Positions 1 to 12,430 of a stretch of DNA of 45,485 nt are shown here, in pieces. This stretch comes from a virus. Lineage: Duplodnaviria; Heunggongvirae; Uroviricota; Caudoviricetes. The notes beneath the pieces are model-generated. The model did no database searches. It was given only the letters and a program-made list of their open reading frames with translations, and was not told the DNA's origin. Positions within the stretch are counted from its first letter, which is position 1; each line of letters opens with the position of its first letter. Made by a program: the position numbers and the translations under genes. The stretch lies in IMG/VR virus record IMGVR_UViG_2869970738_000006, positions 1 to 45,485 of that record. One strand, given 5' to 3'.

Positions 1-662
<662 letters not shown>

Positions 663-663
663 C

Positions 664-2412
664 TTTTGCGCTGATTGCCGCCTGCTTCGCGCTCTGCTGC
701 TGTTCAAACCGCGCCGCCTGCTGTGCCAGCTCATTCAGCCGCTTCTGGTGTTCAATCTTGTCTCCCAGCTCAGCCAGCTGGCGTTTGTACTCCAGCGTCT
801 CTTTCTCATGAGCCAGCAGGGATTTTTCCTGCTCAGATAACTGCCGTTTCGTGGCGGCCTCTTTCAGGACCACATACTGATTTTCCGCTTCCCATAAATC
901 CCGGCGCTGCTGGCTGATTTTCTCATTCACACCGCTGTGTTTTTCCAGCGTCCTGAGCTCGGTTTCAAGCGCCAGCATGGCTGCATGCGCCCGGTCTTCC
1001 TGGCGCTCACCGGCAGACACCTTCACACCGGACGGCTTTTTCAGCGTCTATTCATAATCCTTTTTTGCCGACGCCATCAGCGTGTTGCAATCCGCCTGCA
1101 GGATTTTTCCGTCTTTCAGGGCCTTATTCAGCTCTTTCTGACGGGCGGTATATTTATCCAGCGGCGTCTGCAGGCGCTCATACGCCTTCTGCGCCTCTCC
1201 GGTATACTTCAGCTGTGACGCCTCACGCTCAGCCCGGTCCCTTGCCGCCAGTTCACCGGCTTTTTCCATATCCGACTGCAGCGTGGCCGCTGCCAGACCC
1301 AGACGGGCATTTTCCCGGTCATCCCATGCCCCCTGAAGGTTCGCACGAAAAGAGGAGGTCTTTCCCCGGCGCTGGCTCCGGCTCTGGTACCACTGCCATT
1401 TTTTATCCGCCTCATCAAATGCCTTCTGCGCACTGGCGAGCATATCCGCTGAGGATTCAGGACGACCGATATCCAGAATGGCATCCCACATCGATTTGAA
1501 TGCCTTCCCTGTTTTATCCGCCCAGGTCTCCAGTGTTCCCATGTTTTCTTTCAGGCGACGGGTCTGCTCATCAAAGCCTTTCGTGGCGATATCGTTCGCC
1601 GCCTGCAATGCCCCGGCCTCGTCTCCGGAACGCTGCAGCTGTGCAACATACGCAATCTGCTCTGCCGTCACGTTACGGAACTGGCGCGCCATCGCCATCA
1701 GTCCCGACGTCGGGTCAGTGGTCAGCTTCCCGAAGGCTTCAGCGACTTTATCCACCTCCACACCGGATGCAGACGCAAAACGCGCGACACTCTGGTTGAT
1801 GGCATCAAACTGTTCACCACCACGCACACCGGCATTCACCAGGGCTGCCAGTGACTCTTTCGCCTGGTTAAACGTCAGCCCTGCTGCCTGCCCGGCTCTT
1901 GAGAGAGTCAGCATACGATCGGCAGTCAGTCCTGACTGATTACCGGAAAGAACCAGGGTTTTATTAAACGCTGAAAGCGTGGAATCTCCCTGGTACCAGG
2001 CGTACACCAGCGCACCTGTCGCCACCGCCAGCGAGGTGACCCCGACCATCGGCAGGGTGATCGCACCGGCAAGCCCCCTGAACATGGGGATCATCCCGCC
2101 GAAGGAGTCCTTCACCTGACCGCCCTGTTGCAGCAGGATCAGCCAGGGATTCTGACCACCTGCAAGCTGCGTGGCGATATCCGTAAACTGTGCGGGCAGG
2201 GTTCGCATGGCCGCTTTATACTGCCCGACGGAAATCCCGGCTTTTTGTGCAGCCAGCGCCTGGCGGCTCAGGCCCTGTTCAACAGCACTGGCGGTTTTTC
2301 TGGCGTCGGTATCCAGACCTGAAAAATGACGCCTTACCCGGCTCATCTGCTCATCGAAACGGACAGCATCCAGACTCAGGTCAATAACAAGATCACCAAC
2401 CGGCTGGGACAT
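664..2412 (-). pseudogene. Tail tape measure protein (lambda H-like), copy A: in-frame TAG at 1048-1050 and 3' end cut by the IS3-family element
   Basis: 454-aa N-terminal ORF aligns with lambda H; reading frame continues past the TAG (..KKDYE*TLKKP..) with conserved sequence until the IS junction. Confidence 0.8.
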
Positions 2413-2806
2413 ATCTCACACCTCCCGGAATCCCCGCTGAAGCCATCATTAATGCGGCATCATCCACCATGACATCCGCCACATCCGCAGACGATAAAAT
2501 ATCGCGCCCTCCGTCCCCACCGAACCGGACGCCTCCGGCAAGTCCTGCCGCTTTCTGCATCAGCATTTTGTCCTCATCCGGCCTCTCCACCTGCTCTTCC
2601 TCATGCCGGGGGACAAGCAGACTGAAATCAGAGGGATGCATATCCGGATCGCAAAAAAACAGGCTGAGTACAGCGTACGTCAGCCCGGAAAAATGCATAT
2701 CCAGCTGGGTATCCTGAAAATAATGCGTGCGGTAAAAACGGTGCCAGTCGGCATATTCGGTGGATGTCATCCCGGCAAGCATGGCGCGCCAGTCGAGTCT
2801 CCCCAT
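2393..2806 (-). CDS. Tail assembly chaperone T-frame segment, expressed as G-T fusion by -1 frameshift (copy A)
   Basis: T-like ORF in -1 frame relative to G; open from the slippery site at 2851-2857. Confidence 0.75.
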   Translation of the reverse strand: MGRLDWRAMLAGMTSTEYADWHRFYRTHYFQDTQLDMHFSGLTYAVLSLFFCDPDMHPSDFSLLVPRHEEEQVERPDEDKMLMQKAAGLAGGVRFGGDGGRDILSSADVADVMVDDAALMMASAGIPGGVRYVPAGW

Positions 2807-2832
2807 CTCACGCGCCAGTCTGAGGGCAAAGT

Positions 2833-3264
2833 TCAGCTCGCCGTCGAAGACTTTCCCGCAGAAAAATCATCATCAGTCAGCGTGTTATTTTTCGCCACTT
2901 CAGTAATATCAGTATCCGGACGAACAGCTTCGATCATCCCGGACAGGCACAACACCACGTCTTCCGCCCGGGCAATGGCATCGGCAGGCCAGGTGGTGAG
3001 CACTTCCTGCTCTATCTTCATCACGGCCTCATTCATTGACGGTGACTGCGTTTTCTGTGGATGGTTATGCCACAGGGACATCGCCACCAGAAACGCGCCG
3101 GTTCTGACGAGATCTTCCACGCTTACCTGCAGGTTGCCGCAGGATTCTGCCTGTTCTGCACGCCGTTTCAGGAGGGCAAGATGCTCGATACGCTGCAGCG
3201 CAGACAATTCGGAAAGCGTGACAGACACACCGTTATATTCAAATTGTTCTGTTTTCAGAAACAT
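2833..3264 (-). CDS. Tail assembly chaperone G (copy A)
   Basis: 143-aa ORF starting MFLKTEQFEYNGV, lambda G-like, ending ..SAGKSSTAS just after the slippery heptamer. Confidence 0.85.
   Translation of the reverse strand: MFLKTEQFEYNGVSVTLSELSALQRIEHLALLKRRAEQAESCGNLQVSVEDLVRTGAFLVAMSLWHNHPQKTQSPSMNEAVMKIEQEVLTTWPADAIARAEDVVLCLSGMIEAVRPDTDITEVAKNNTLTDDDFSAGKSSTAS
2851..2857 (-). other. Programmed -1 ribosomal frameshift heptamer G GGA AAG (G to GT)
   Basis: Minus-strand GGGAAAG in X XXY YYZ register within the last codons of G; T frame open downstream. Confidence 0.7.
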
Positions 3265-3277
3265 GTATTACCTCCGT

Positions 3278-4030
3278 TTACCCTGCAGCGCCCGCTTCAG
3301 TAACGGTGACTTCAGCCACTGCGGCGAACTGACCATTTCCGCTCACCACAGGGATCTGCACCTTACCTGTCGCCACGCCGTTTACCGTAATTGTCATATC
3401 TTTCACACTAATGGTGGCTTTCGACGGATCGGCGGAAACCGCTCTGAACGTCTTGTCGGTTGCACTTTCCGGCTCAAAAGAAACCGTCAGGGTGGTTGTT
3501 TTCCCTTTTGCCACCGTACCGGATGTCGGCGTCATCTTAATCGCACTGACCGGCGTAATTTTGCTGCGTTCTTCCGCTACAGAAGGTTTACCCACGTTAG
3601 TGACTTTCACCGTGCGGGTGATCACTTCTTTCGCCGTCACGGCCTTACCGATACTGCTGACCCAGCCACGAAACACATCCACCGTGCCATTCGGAAAACG
3701 GATTTTATAGGCCCGGACATCGCCGCTTTCAAACCAGCCTATAAGCCCTTTCTGGCCTTCCTCTCCCGGTTTCCAGGCCAGCGTAAAACTGGTATCACCT
3801 GCAGATTTCTGCCCCTGCCCGGTCGCGGTCCAGTCCGCGTCTTCATCATCCAGGTAGTTATCATCGTAGGATTCTGCCGTCATCTCGCCCGGCGTCAGAT
3901 CCTTCACCTTAGCCAGTCGCTGCCAGTCATCGTCTGACAACGGGTTTGCATAAGCATCACCCTTGCCGTTGTAAACCCACAGAGTGGTACCGGCACCTTT
4001 TACCGGCTCAAGGGGATTTGGTGTTGCCAT
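3278..4030 (-). CDS. Major tail protein V with C-terminal Ig-like domain (copy A)
   Basis: 250-aa ORF, lambda V-like; gene order between G and U. Confidence 0.9.
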   Translation of the reverse strand: MATPNPLEPVKGAGTTLWVYNGKGDAYANPLSDDDWQRLAKVKDLTPGEMTAESYDDNYLDDEDADWTATGQGQKSAGDTSFTLAWKPGEEGQKGLIGWFESGDVRAYKIRFPNGTVDVFRGWVSSIGKAVTAKEVITRTVKVTNVGKPSVAEERSKITPVSAIKMTPTSGTVAKGKTTTLTVSFEPESATDKTFRAVSADPSKATISVKDMTITVNGVATGKVQIPVVSGNGQFAAVAEVTVTEAGAAG

Positions 4031-4037
4031 ATCGTCC

Positions 4038-4433
4038 TCACATCTCGTATGTAATGGAATAAGTCAGATCTGCAGAACTCCATAACGCCATATCGTCATC
4101 ACGACGATACTCATAGCCCTGCGTAACCATCGTGGTAATCAGTCCTGCCAGTGCCGGGATCGCGGTCATCGCCGGGTAAATCCGGCTTTCCATCCACTGA
4201 TCAAGCTCTGAATCCGGTACCTGTGCCGGTAAAAACACCTCAATATGCAGCGTGGCCCGCCAGGTATCTGCATCCAGCTCTTCACCGGTATACTCTGCAT
4301 CCGTCAGATAAACCGCGATCGCAGGAAAATCCTCTTCGTCAAAAACAACGGGGCGACCATCAAACAGCGTCGCCCCGTGTTCATGCTGCTCGAGCGCATC
4401 CAGCACTGCGGCACGAATGTCAGTGTGTTTCAT
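4038..4433 (-). CDS. Tail terminator protein U (copy A)
   Basis: 131-aa ORF, lambda U-like, position between Z and V. Confidence 0.9.
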   Translation of the reverse strand: MKHTDIRAAVLDALEQHEHGATLFDGRPVVFDEEDFPAIAVYLTDAEYTGEELDADTWRATLHIEVFLPAQVPDSELDQWMESRIYPAMTAIPALAGLITTMVTQGYEYRRDDDMALWSSADLTYSITYEM

Positions 4434-4963
4434 CGTTTTATTGCAATCCTCAGTTGTTGTTTCAGCGCGTATGCCAGTTCTTTAGGCAGGCGTTCACGCC
4501 GGATACGGTCAACATTCTCATCAAATGCCTGTTTCAGTGGGGCCGCCATCGGGATTTTCACCACATCAATGGGGTAACGGTTTTTCCCGGCCACACGCTG
4601 CATGACATGCCAGCGACCATTTTTTAATCGCTGAATAAATGCCCGCTGATACCGATGCTGACCGGCTTTAAGTATGCTGTTCGGGCGACGCCCCAGCATC
4701 CTGATCCCCAGCTTAATCACAGGGAGATCACCGCGGTTAACGATAATTTTGGCATTCGGATTTCTGACCGTCGCCCGTTTCAGTCTGGACCGTTCCTTAA
4801 CCAGTTTCCGGCGAACCTTTGTCTCCCGGGCAACCTGTGATGAAGACTGATTAATCGCCGTTGTGGCCACGCGGTTAATGGCCATTGCTGAAGCCGCCGG
4901 AATGGCGTTTTTACGAACCCGGCTCAGATTGTCAATCGCCTGATCAAGCCCTTTTATCGCCAT
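4430..4963 (-). CDS. Tail completion protein Z (copy A)
   Basis: 177-aa ORF, lambda Z-like; overlaps U start. Confidence 0.85.
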   Translation of the reverse strand: MAIKGLDQAIDNLSRVRKNAIPAASAMAINRVATTAINQSSSQVARETKVRRKLVKERSRLKRATVRNPNAKIIVNRGDLPVIKLGIRMLGRRPNSILKAGQHRYQRAFIQRLKNGRWHVMQRVAGKNRYPIDVVKIPMAAPLKQAFDENVDRIRRERLPKELAYALKQQLRIAIKR

Positions 4964-4978
4964 AATTTCACCCTGCGT

Positions 4979-5332
4979 TTATCGTCGCCGGTTAACTGCG
5001 GGTGGTTGACCACGGTTGAGCCAGAGATAACAGCTGCCCCCGTCATCCGGAGAAACACGATCCACCCAGAATATCTCACCATTAATGGTCAGCGTGTCAC
5101 CACGCCGCACGGCACGAACCGTATCCGTCCGCACAAATAATGACGGGCTGCTTCCTTCAATACGGACCCCGCCACCGGTAAACCCCAGCGACTCCGGATC
5201 ATCAAAAACCCCCTGAACTTCGCTGCCACACTGTGCCCCCGAGGTGAACTGCGCACAGAGCCCCATCACTTCAACGATCGTACTGTCTACCCCGGCGAGG
5301 GCAGCATCAAAGGCATTCTGAAAATCACGCAT
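4979..5332 (-). CDS. Head-tail joining protein FII (copy A)
   Basis: 117-aa ORF, lambda FII-like, conserved position. Confidence 0.85.
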   Translation of the reverse strand: MRDFQNAFDAALAGVDSTIVEVMGLCAQFTSGAQCGSEVQGVFDDPESLGFTGGGVRIEGSSPSLFVRTDTVRAVRRGDTLTINGEIFWVDRVSPDDGGSCYLWLNRGQPPAVNRRR

Positions 5333-5708
5333 ATTCAGCCGTTCCGTGCTGTATCATGGCCGTTGCCAGTGATGATGGCACCAGAACACACATACCCCGT
5401 AACGCCAGCTCAACGGGACGACCTGTCTCCGGGCAATACCCCATTACTTGCAGGCACTTCCGTACCCGGACGGCTTTAACATCATCCGGAGCATCCGTGT
5501 TGTTCAACTGCTCACCATCGTCTGTGTGATTTTGATCAGCCCCGCTCTCATCAGAGTGCATAATGCCCTCCGGGGAAACAGCAAGCTCCTCTTCCCACTC
5601 AGACACACGTTGAGCAATATCCGCAGCACTCCCCGACATATCCGCCTCGCGCCCCGGCAGGCCAGCCAGTTGACGAAGACGATTCAGATTTTCTTCTTTT
5701 GTTGCCAT
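5325..5708 (-). CDS. DNA packaging protein FI (copy A)
   Basis: Start taken at MATKEENL preceded by AGGAGG; acidic protein between E and FII. Confidence 0.75.
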   Translation of the reverse strand: MATKEENLNRLRQLAGLPGREADMSGSAADIAQRVSEWEEELAVSPEGIMHSDESGADQNHTDDGEQLNNTDAPDDVKAVRVRKCLQVMGYCPETGRPVELALRGMCVLVPSSLATAMIQHGTAEYA

Positions 5709-5759
5709 CTCAGCCTCCTGTGAAAAAAGACACGGGGGCATTTCGCCCCCGCTCACGGA

Positions 5760-6788
5760 TTATTTCACCTGTACCACCACAAACTCATCCGGATCCGGCA
5801 GCACCATCAGCGGAGCGGACTGCGTCATGGTGAATTCACAGGACGGATCGCCCACGGTCAGCCAGTGTTTCGGGTAACGGGAAGAAGCCACCACTCCTTC
5901 AGACAACGCCTGTGCATCCTTAATGGCACCATAGCAACGAATCCCCTCTGCCGCCGTATTCCCCAGCACCAGCATGCCCTCCGGCAGATAACGTTTTTCG
6001 GTACCGTCCTCTGCCACATAAGACGTTTTCGCCACCACAATGGCCAGATCGCCGTAATACCCCTTGAAGGACACCACTGCGCCCAGATCTTTCACTGCCG
6101 TTTCGAGTTGTGAATTTGAGCCGCGACGGGTATCCAGTTTTTCGCGGAACAGCTTAAAGCCATTCAGCAGACGCCAGACCGTACCGTCCATAATGGCGAT
6201 ATTCACAAGGCCGCTGGCCTGATCGCAGTAGAGGTCAATATCATGCGTCGGATCAAACGTATCACGGTCCTGCTCAGACCATTTTTTACCGTCAGCCTGC
6301 TCAATGTTATTTCCTTCAGAGCGCCCGAAATCCACCTCGACAGTATCAAACTGATCCCCTTCCATGGTGTATTTGCCATACAGCACGGCATTCACCGCCT
6401 GCATTTCTTCCACCTGGACAATGGCGTGCTCTTCCTGTTTGAGGTTATCGGTAATGATACGCAGACGACGGTAGGCCGGGTCGTTCAGCTGAGCCGGATC
6501 TTCACCAGGAAGGCGCTCAACCGCCTGCTGGTAATTAAATTCGTGTTTCGGCTTGACGTAGCCCGGACGTAACACGCGGGTTTCACCACCGCGATGGCGA
6601 AGCACTTTTCCTTCAACGATCGGGGAGACATAGGCCGCCACCGGCGTTTTTCCGGTAATTTTGTCCAGCATCACCTCTTCGGTGTGGAAATTCACCGTAC
6701 GGCGGAAAAACAGCTCCAGAAACAGCGCACGGAATTTCACTTTTTGTTCGGTATAACCGAGTAACTGGCGGGTCGTAAACAATCCCAT
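5760..6788 (-). CDS. Major capsid protein E (copy A)
   Basis: 342-aa ORF, lambda E-like. Confidence 0.95.
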   Translation of the reverse strand: MGLFTTRQLLGYTEQKVKFRALFLELFFRRTVNFHTEEVMLDKITGKTPVAAYVSPIVEGKVLRHRGGETRVLRPGYVKPKHEFNYQQAVERLPGEDPAQLNDPAYRRLRIITDNLKQEEHAIVQVEEMQAVNAVLYGKYTMEGDQFDTVEVDFGRSEGNNIEQADGKKWSEQDRDTFDPTHDIDLYCDQASGLVNIAIMDGTVWRLLNGFKLFREKLDTRRGSNSQLETAVKDLGAVVSFKGYYGDLAIVVAKTSYVAEDGTEKRYLPEGMLVLGNTAAEGIRCYGAIKDAQALSEGVVASSRYPKHWLTVGDPSCEFTMTQSAPLMVLPDPDEFVVVQVK

Positions 6789-6845
6789 AAATCAGTTCCT
6801 TTCATTCAGAAATCAGTCAGGCCACCATGGTGGCCTGATAACGTG

Positions 6846-7193
6846 TTACGGCAGAGCCGCGTGACTCAGGGCTGTGCCGGCAAAGGCATTTGCCTTTTTG
6901 TGTTCATCCACACTGTCAGGCCAGCGGATTGCCTCCGTCGCAAAGGTCCCCGACTTGTAATAGGTCAGCACCGTCTCTGTGCCTTCAAGCGGCAGTACCA
7001 GTATGCCAACCGCACTACCGGCTTTCTGTCCATCCCAGACCACCAGTTTCCCGGTGGCTTCATCCAGCATCAGGGGCGTCAGAGCCGGTGTTGCAGAAGA
7101 AATCCCGCTGCTGCCTGTGGCGGTATGAGCCGGATCATTACCAGCAAAAATACGTACTTCCGCACGCTGTTCAGTGATGGTTTTCGTCACCAT
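6846..7193 (-). CDS. Head decoration protein D (copy A)
   Basis: 115-aa ORF, lambda D-like, between C and E. Confidence 0.9.
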   Translation of the reverse strand: MVTKTITEQRAEVRIFAGNDPAHTATGSSGISSATPALTPLMLDEATGKLVVWDGQKAGSAVGILVLPLEGTETVLTYYKSGTFATEAIRWPDSVDEHKKANAFAGTALSHAALP

Positions 7194-7229
7194 ATTGTTA
7201 AAACCTCGTATTGATGTTCAGCACTGACT

Positions 7230-8735
7230 TCATGGCATGGCCATGAGCATTTTCACGTCCGCATCACCGTCTTCTGATGCCTGTGACACGCCCCCCTGGA
7301 CCGCAGCCGGTGAATGGTTCGCCATGAAATGTTCAAACAGGGCGGTTGTGGATGCAGAGACCGGTTCTGCCTTACCTGATCCCGCAGCCAGCACAGCCCG
7401 GGCGCTCTCCACAGTCATTCCCGGGCAGGCAGCCAGCTGTTCAGCCTGCGCCTCAGCCCCTTTTGCCTCATCCAGTGCCATGATCTGATCACGGAGTGAT
7501 GGTCCGGCATTCGCCTGCGGTGAAGCAGCCAGGATCGGGCGGGCTTTTTCCACCGTCATCTCCGGCATCGCCGCCAGCGTTGCTGCCAGTTGTTCACGAC
7601 CGTTCGCTTCTTCACACGCCATAATGCGATCGGCTTCACTCTGCGCGGATGCCACCGGCTGCTGCGGTGCCGCCGCGGCCAGAATCGCCCGGGCCTGTTC
7701 AACGCTCATGCCCTGTTGCCCTGCCAGCATCGTGGCAAGCTGTTCACGTCCTTTCGCTTCCTGGCATGTCAGGATCCCCATCACTCGCTGGTTCTCCTGC
7801 ACGGCGGCTTCCGTTGCAGTTAATTGCGGCATAGTGCCTCCTCTGACATTACTGTTCAGCGCCGTGGCCATCACACTGATGGCATCCGACGCATTGATTA
7901 ATTCATCCGCCAGCCCGGCCTCAATGCCGGACTGACCTTCAAAAACGGCGGCCTCTGTTCCCGTGACCGCATCCACAGACAACCCGGTATACATCGCCAC
8001 TTTTTCGGCAAACATCCGGTGCGCCGCATCAATCCGCTGCTGCATATCCTGGCGAACCTCTGCCGGCAACGCTTCAAACTGATTGCCATCCACCTTGTGC
8101 GCCCCGGCATAAATCAGCGTGATATCCACACCGGCCTGCGCCAGATGACCGGCATAGCTGACATGGCTCATCATCACGCCAATGGAGCCGATACGGGATG
8201 TCTGGGTAACCAGCCGTCGGGAGCAGGCCGACGCCAGCAGCATGGCTGCAGAACAGGCCGTGTCATTGCACAGTGCCCAGACCGGCTTCTGCTGACGGAG
8301 GCGGTAAATCATGTCAGCGCAGTCAAACGCGCCGGCGGCCTGCCCGCCCGGACTGTCAATGTCCAGCAGTATGCCCCGCACCTGGCTATCTGCCATTGCC
8401 TGCTGAAGACAGGCGACAATGCCGTCATAGCCAGTCATTCCGGAAAATGGCCGCATCCCCCCCAGCCGGTGCACCAGCGTGCCGGTCACCGGCAGTACCG
8501 CAATACCGTTCACCACCCGGTAAACACGGGCCGGTCGTTTACCTCCGGCCATGTACTCGTCCGTTTCAGCCAGCATTCCGGGAGCATCAAGCTGTACCTG
8601 CTGTTGTGGTACCGAAAGACTTGCTGCGCCCATCTCGCGCCCGAGCGCGCAAAAGAAAACCCGCGCATAGGCGGGCTCCAGAAGCAGCGGTTCATTGAAT
8701 GCTGCGGCAATAATGTGTGAAAGATTACGTCTCAC
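7230..8735 (-). CDS. Head maturation protease/scaffold (lambda C/Nu3-like, ClpP/S49-type), copy A
   Basis: 501-aa ORF with serine-protease core and C-terminal threefold ~40-aa repeat. Confidence 0.9.
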   Translation of the reverse strand: MRRNLSHIIAAAFNEPLLLEPAYARVFFCALGREMGAASLSVPQQQVQLDAPGMLAETDEYMAGGKRPARVYRVVNGIAVLPVTGTLVHRLGGMRPFSGMTGYDGIVACLQQAMADSQVRGILLDIDSPGGQAAGAFDCADMIYRLRQQKPVWALCNDTACSAAMLLASACSRRLVTQTSRIGSIGVMMSHVSYAGHLAQAGVDITLIYAGAHKVDGNQFEALPAEVRQDMQQRIDAAHRMFAEKVAMYTGLSVDAVTGTEAAVFEGQSGIEAGLADELINASDAISVMATALNSNVRGGTMPQLTATEAAVQENQRVMGILTCQEAKGREQLATMLAGQQGMSVEQARAILAAAAPQQPVASAQSEADRIMACEEANGREQLAATLAAMPEMTVEKARPILAASPQANAGPSLRDQIMALDEAKGAEAQAEQLAACPGMTVESARAVLAAGSGKAEPVSASTTALFEHFMANHSPAAVQGGVSQASEDGDADVKMLMAMP

Positions 8736-10316
8736 GTGGTGTTGTCTCCTCTTCCGGCCTGCGACTCTCCGCTATCTGCTGCTGATACGCCTGCGCTATC
8801 CACACCGGACGTGAGAGTCCGGCTTTTTCCCGCTCTGCAGATTCCCTGACCTGCTGGCGGAAAATGTCCTGATAATCCTCGCCCATCAGCGCCAGCTCTT
8901 TCTCATACGTGCTCAGTCCGGCCTCAATGCGCATCACTGATTCCTGAACCTCCTTGAGCCCGTCAATGGCCATTCTTCCGGCTCCAATCCACTCAGCCCG
9001 TGACCAGGCTGATCGCGCCTGATAAAAATCAAAACGTGCCCGTGGCGGACGAATAATCCCCGAAGAAGTGCCTCTTCCAGCCAGCAGGAAAACATCTGCG
9101 TGGCCAGCCGGGACGCAATAAATTTTCGCCGCCCCATAAAATAGCGCCACGACTCATTGGCGGATGCGCGGGCACTTGAATAACTGACCTTCGAGTAATC
9201 ACGGGACAACTGTTCGTAGGAAACGCCAAGACCGGCGGCGATATACCGCAGCAGCGCCTGTTCAAGCGCCGAAAATCCATTGTCTGAATCCTGCGCGGTC
9301 TGAAGTTTCAGATCATCACCGGGGAAAAGGTGCGGAATTTTGACACCGCCCAGCGTCACGCTATTCGTGTCATACCAGGTGGAGAACTTATCCAGAATAT
9401 TAATAAGCGGATTATCCTTCTGCCCCTGCGGCGCACCGGCGATATATTCAAAGGCCTTTTCGGTATCAAGGTCACTTTCAATCGTCGCTGCATACATCGC
9501 CTTCACTATGGCCGACTGAAGCTGTGTTGCCTGCAGGGAATCGAGCATCTTCAGCCGTTCCATTACGCTGTAAAACTGATTGGCCCCACGGGTCTGCCCG
9601 TCCTCCACCGGCTCGAAAATATGCAGCATGGCCGGACGCCCGGTGGGAAGTTCACGCGGGATCCGTTCCCATCGTCCACTCCCAGAGAACGGAAAATCAT
9701 CCTCACAGATATGGTACGCAACGGCACGACCATATCGATCGACCTCCACACCGGCCCGCAGAAAACGGTTCCCCATACCGTGTCCTGGCGTGTCCACCCG
9801 TTTCGGACTCACGGCTTTAAAACGCGTACGAAACAGTTGCGTGCTCTCCGTATCCCAGACCGGCTGCACAAAGATTTCGCCGTTAAACGCATGAACGCCC
9901 ACACCTTCACGAATAAATTCCGTAAACGTGCGTTTCTCTTCCACGTCGATCTCGCCAAACATCCCTTCGGCGTATTCCGACCAGGCCGCCTCCACCTCAT
10001 CGACAAAACTTTTTGCCGCAGTCTCCCGCATCCCCAGCCAGCGCCAGTTCGGACGGTAGCTGATCAGAAACATATGCCCGACAATATGATCCTTATGCAG
10101 GGCCACCGCATTGGCCGCTATCCCGTTATTGCGCACCAGATCATCTGCCCGGGCATTCCCCAGACGCAACGCAGGCAGCAGGGCTGCATCGGCACTCTGC
10201 GCCGGTGGCAACCACTCCGCCATTTGCCCACCAAATCCTGCGCCGCCCCCGTTGTAGCTGAGACTCTCACGAAGCGGAACGCCGTTCACATCAATCAGGA
10301 CAGGCGTTCGTTTCAT
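8725..10316 (-). pseudogene. Portal protein B (copy A), apparent -1 frameshift at a C4 run 9058-9061
   Basis: 460-aa ORF is lambda B-like but its C-terminus goes out of frame; the conserved C-terminus (..ARSAWS..RMAIDGLKEVQ) continues in the overlapping 141-aa ORF. Confidence 0.8.
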
Positions 10317-10519
10317 AACCTCACTCCCAGCGGACGACGGCGACGTCGGGTTGTCCCCAGTACCGACTCCGCATCATTGATCGCCCGGTTAAGCTCATCC
10401 AGAGAAGCCGCCGTATATTCAATTCTGCGACCATCTTTCTGGACAGACACCACCCGTTTACCGGTTAATAAATCAAGGCGTGCCTGACGCAGCGCCTGTA
10501 GTTCAGCGACTGTAACCAT
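10313..10519 (-). CDS. Head-tail connector protein W
   Basis: 68-aa ORF with lambda W-like motif TGKRVVSVQKDGRRIEY. Confidence 0.85.
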   Translation of the reverse strand: MVTVAELQALRQARLDLLTGKRVVSVQKDGRRIEYTAASLDELNRAINDAESVLGTTRRRRRPLGVRL

Positions 10520-12430
10520 TCACTCCTCCGGACAGCTTCGCTGCCAGTTCTTTAAGGGTTGGCCGGGTCGTCTCTTCTTCCCGGGATTTTGCCAGTACAG
10601 CCAGATCAAGCTGCCAGCGTTGCACGGACACACGTAATGCCGCGTAGGCATACACCAGGCAGTCCAGCGCTTCGTTACGCCGCTTTTTGTTATCCCACAG
10701 CAGACGCATCTTTCCTTTTTCCCACTTCTCCACAAGCTCTTCCGCGACCAGTTGCTGCGCCTCTGTCTGCGAAAAAATCTCCGGATCATCAGGAAAACGG
10801 ATGGCATACGACGTGGCTTCATCCGCAGGCGTGGGATCGGCTTTCATACGGGCATAGAGAATTTCTTTTGCGGTGTCCGTCCCCACTTCACACAGATACA
10901 CGCCCCGCTGATTGCGGGTTTTCGGCATGGTGATCACCGGCTTGCCATAGACAGATGCGCCTTTTACCGGCAGCACCCGGAAAACACCGTGTTTTTTTGA
11001 CCTCTGATAGACAATTTCACCATCGATCCCCCGGTGTCCCAGCAGACACGGGAAATGGTCATTTCGGTTCCGTCTGCATGGCAGTATTTTTTGTTGATCG
11101 CCGCATCCACACGTAACAGCGTCTCTTCCTCATCGGGACGGCCCATAATGATGATTTTATCCACCAGAAAAGCTTCCTCTCCCGGTGCCCATCCCCAGAC
11201 ATACATCTCAAAACGGTTTCGCTGCGAGTCAATGCCCGCCGTCAGATAAACCACCCGGGCAGGTACCGCCGCCGTGTAATGCACGACCTTATCCATCAGT
11301 ACCTGGTGATCGAGTTTTTCGCCCACGGCTTCTTCCCAGGTCTCGCCCAGCGTGGTGTTCACAAAGGTTTTCAGGCCGTTGGGATCTTTCAGTGCATCCA
11401 GCCAGTCATAGACTATCTGTACCCAGGTGGTAAACGGACTGTACGCCGTCCAGATATGGAACGTGATGGAGCGCGGCGGCGGAATTTCATTACCCGCAGC
11501 GCTGAAAAACGTCAGACCGTCACGGGTCCACATGCCCGTGTTTTCACAGATCCACCGCCCGTTGCTCTGGTCCAGTTCAGACTGATGGATCACGCAGCCA
11601 TGATGTTCACAGAGGTAGAAAACACTTTCGGGACTGTCCTTCTCCCATTTAAGCCCAAAAGGCGTGGACTCATCGCCAAATTTCAGATACTGCTCCTCCC
11701 CACAGTGTGGGCAGGGCACATAAAAACGCATAAAATGCGCCGACTCGTTGGCCGCTTTTTCGATCTGGCAGGTGCCTTTGATTTTAGGCGTCGAGCCGCG
11801 AATGGATTTGGGCCATACAGAGCCCTCAATACGTTTATCCCCCAGCAGGGTTGGCGAACCCTCTTTTTCGACATCCGGTTCGAACGAGGAAAGTTCGTCA
11901 TAGCAGACCACGTCCACGGATTTTTCACGGTAGTTTTTAGCGGCAGCCCCGCCCAGGCACCAGAAGCCCACGCCCGATGAAAAACGTTTCAGCGTGAGGG
12001 TATTATCACGATGTTTACGACCCAGCCATGGGGAAAGGTCTTTCAGGCATGGCACATCCCGAATCGTCGCCTCCACGTGAGACTTCATAAAATCTTCAGC
12101 GGCAGAATCCGTGGGCTGAAAAAGCAGACTGTTTCGTGATTTATGCTCAATAAAATACCCGACCACCCCCAGCAACATCTTTGTATAGCCAACACGGGCA
12201 GATTTAATCAGGTTAACCGTGCGAACCTGGTCGTTACCCATACAGTTCATAATGGCGACCTGGAACGGCAGCGTTTTCCATTCTCCCTCACCATATGAAG
12301 ATTCTTTAGGCAGATAATAATTTTGATCAGCCCATTCAACTGGCGTCACCGGCAATGCCCTTATCAGGGGCTGTAATGCTGTTGTGACAGCACTCATCAT
12401 ATTATTCAGTTGTTGCTCTGATATATTCAT
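10503..12430 (-). pseudogene. Terminase large subunit (lambda A-like), frameshift at a C5 run 11028-11032
   Basis: 507-aa ORF matches the A N-terminus and ATPase; conserved C-terminal nuclease part (..KGASVYGKPV..) is in the neighbouring 157-aa ORF. Confidence 0.85.

Noticed and set aside
2603-3937. 444-aa plus-strand ORF, and many similar long ORFs antisense to phage or housekeeping genes (e.g. 8019-8720, 9330-10487, 17414-18133, 29495-30370)
   Set aside because: They overlap strongly supported genes on the opposite strand and have low-complexity Arg/Pro/His-rich translations; treated as antisense artefacts.
6811-6832. Perfect palindrome tcaggccaccatggtggcctga between D and E (also 40772-40793) considered as a terminator
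   Set aside because: No adjacent U-run on the transcribed strand; more likely an mRNA stability or processing hairpin, so not annotated.
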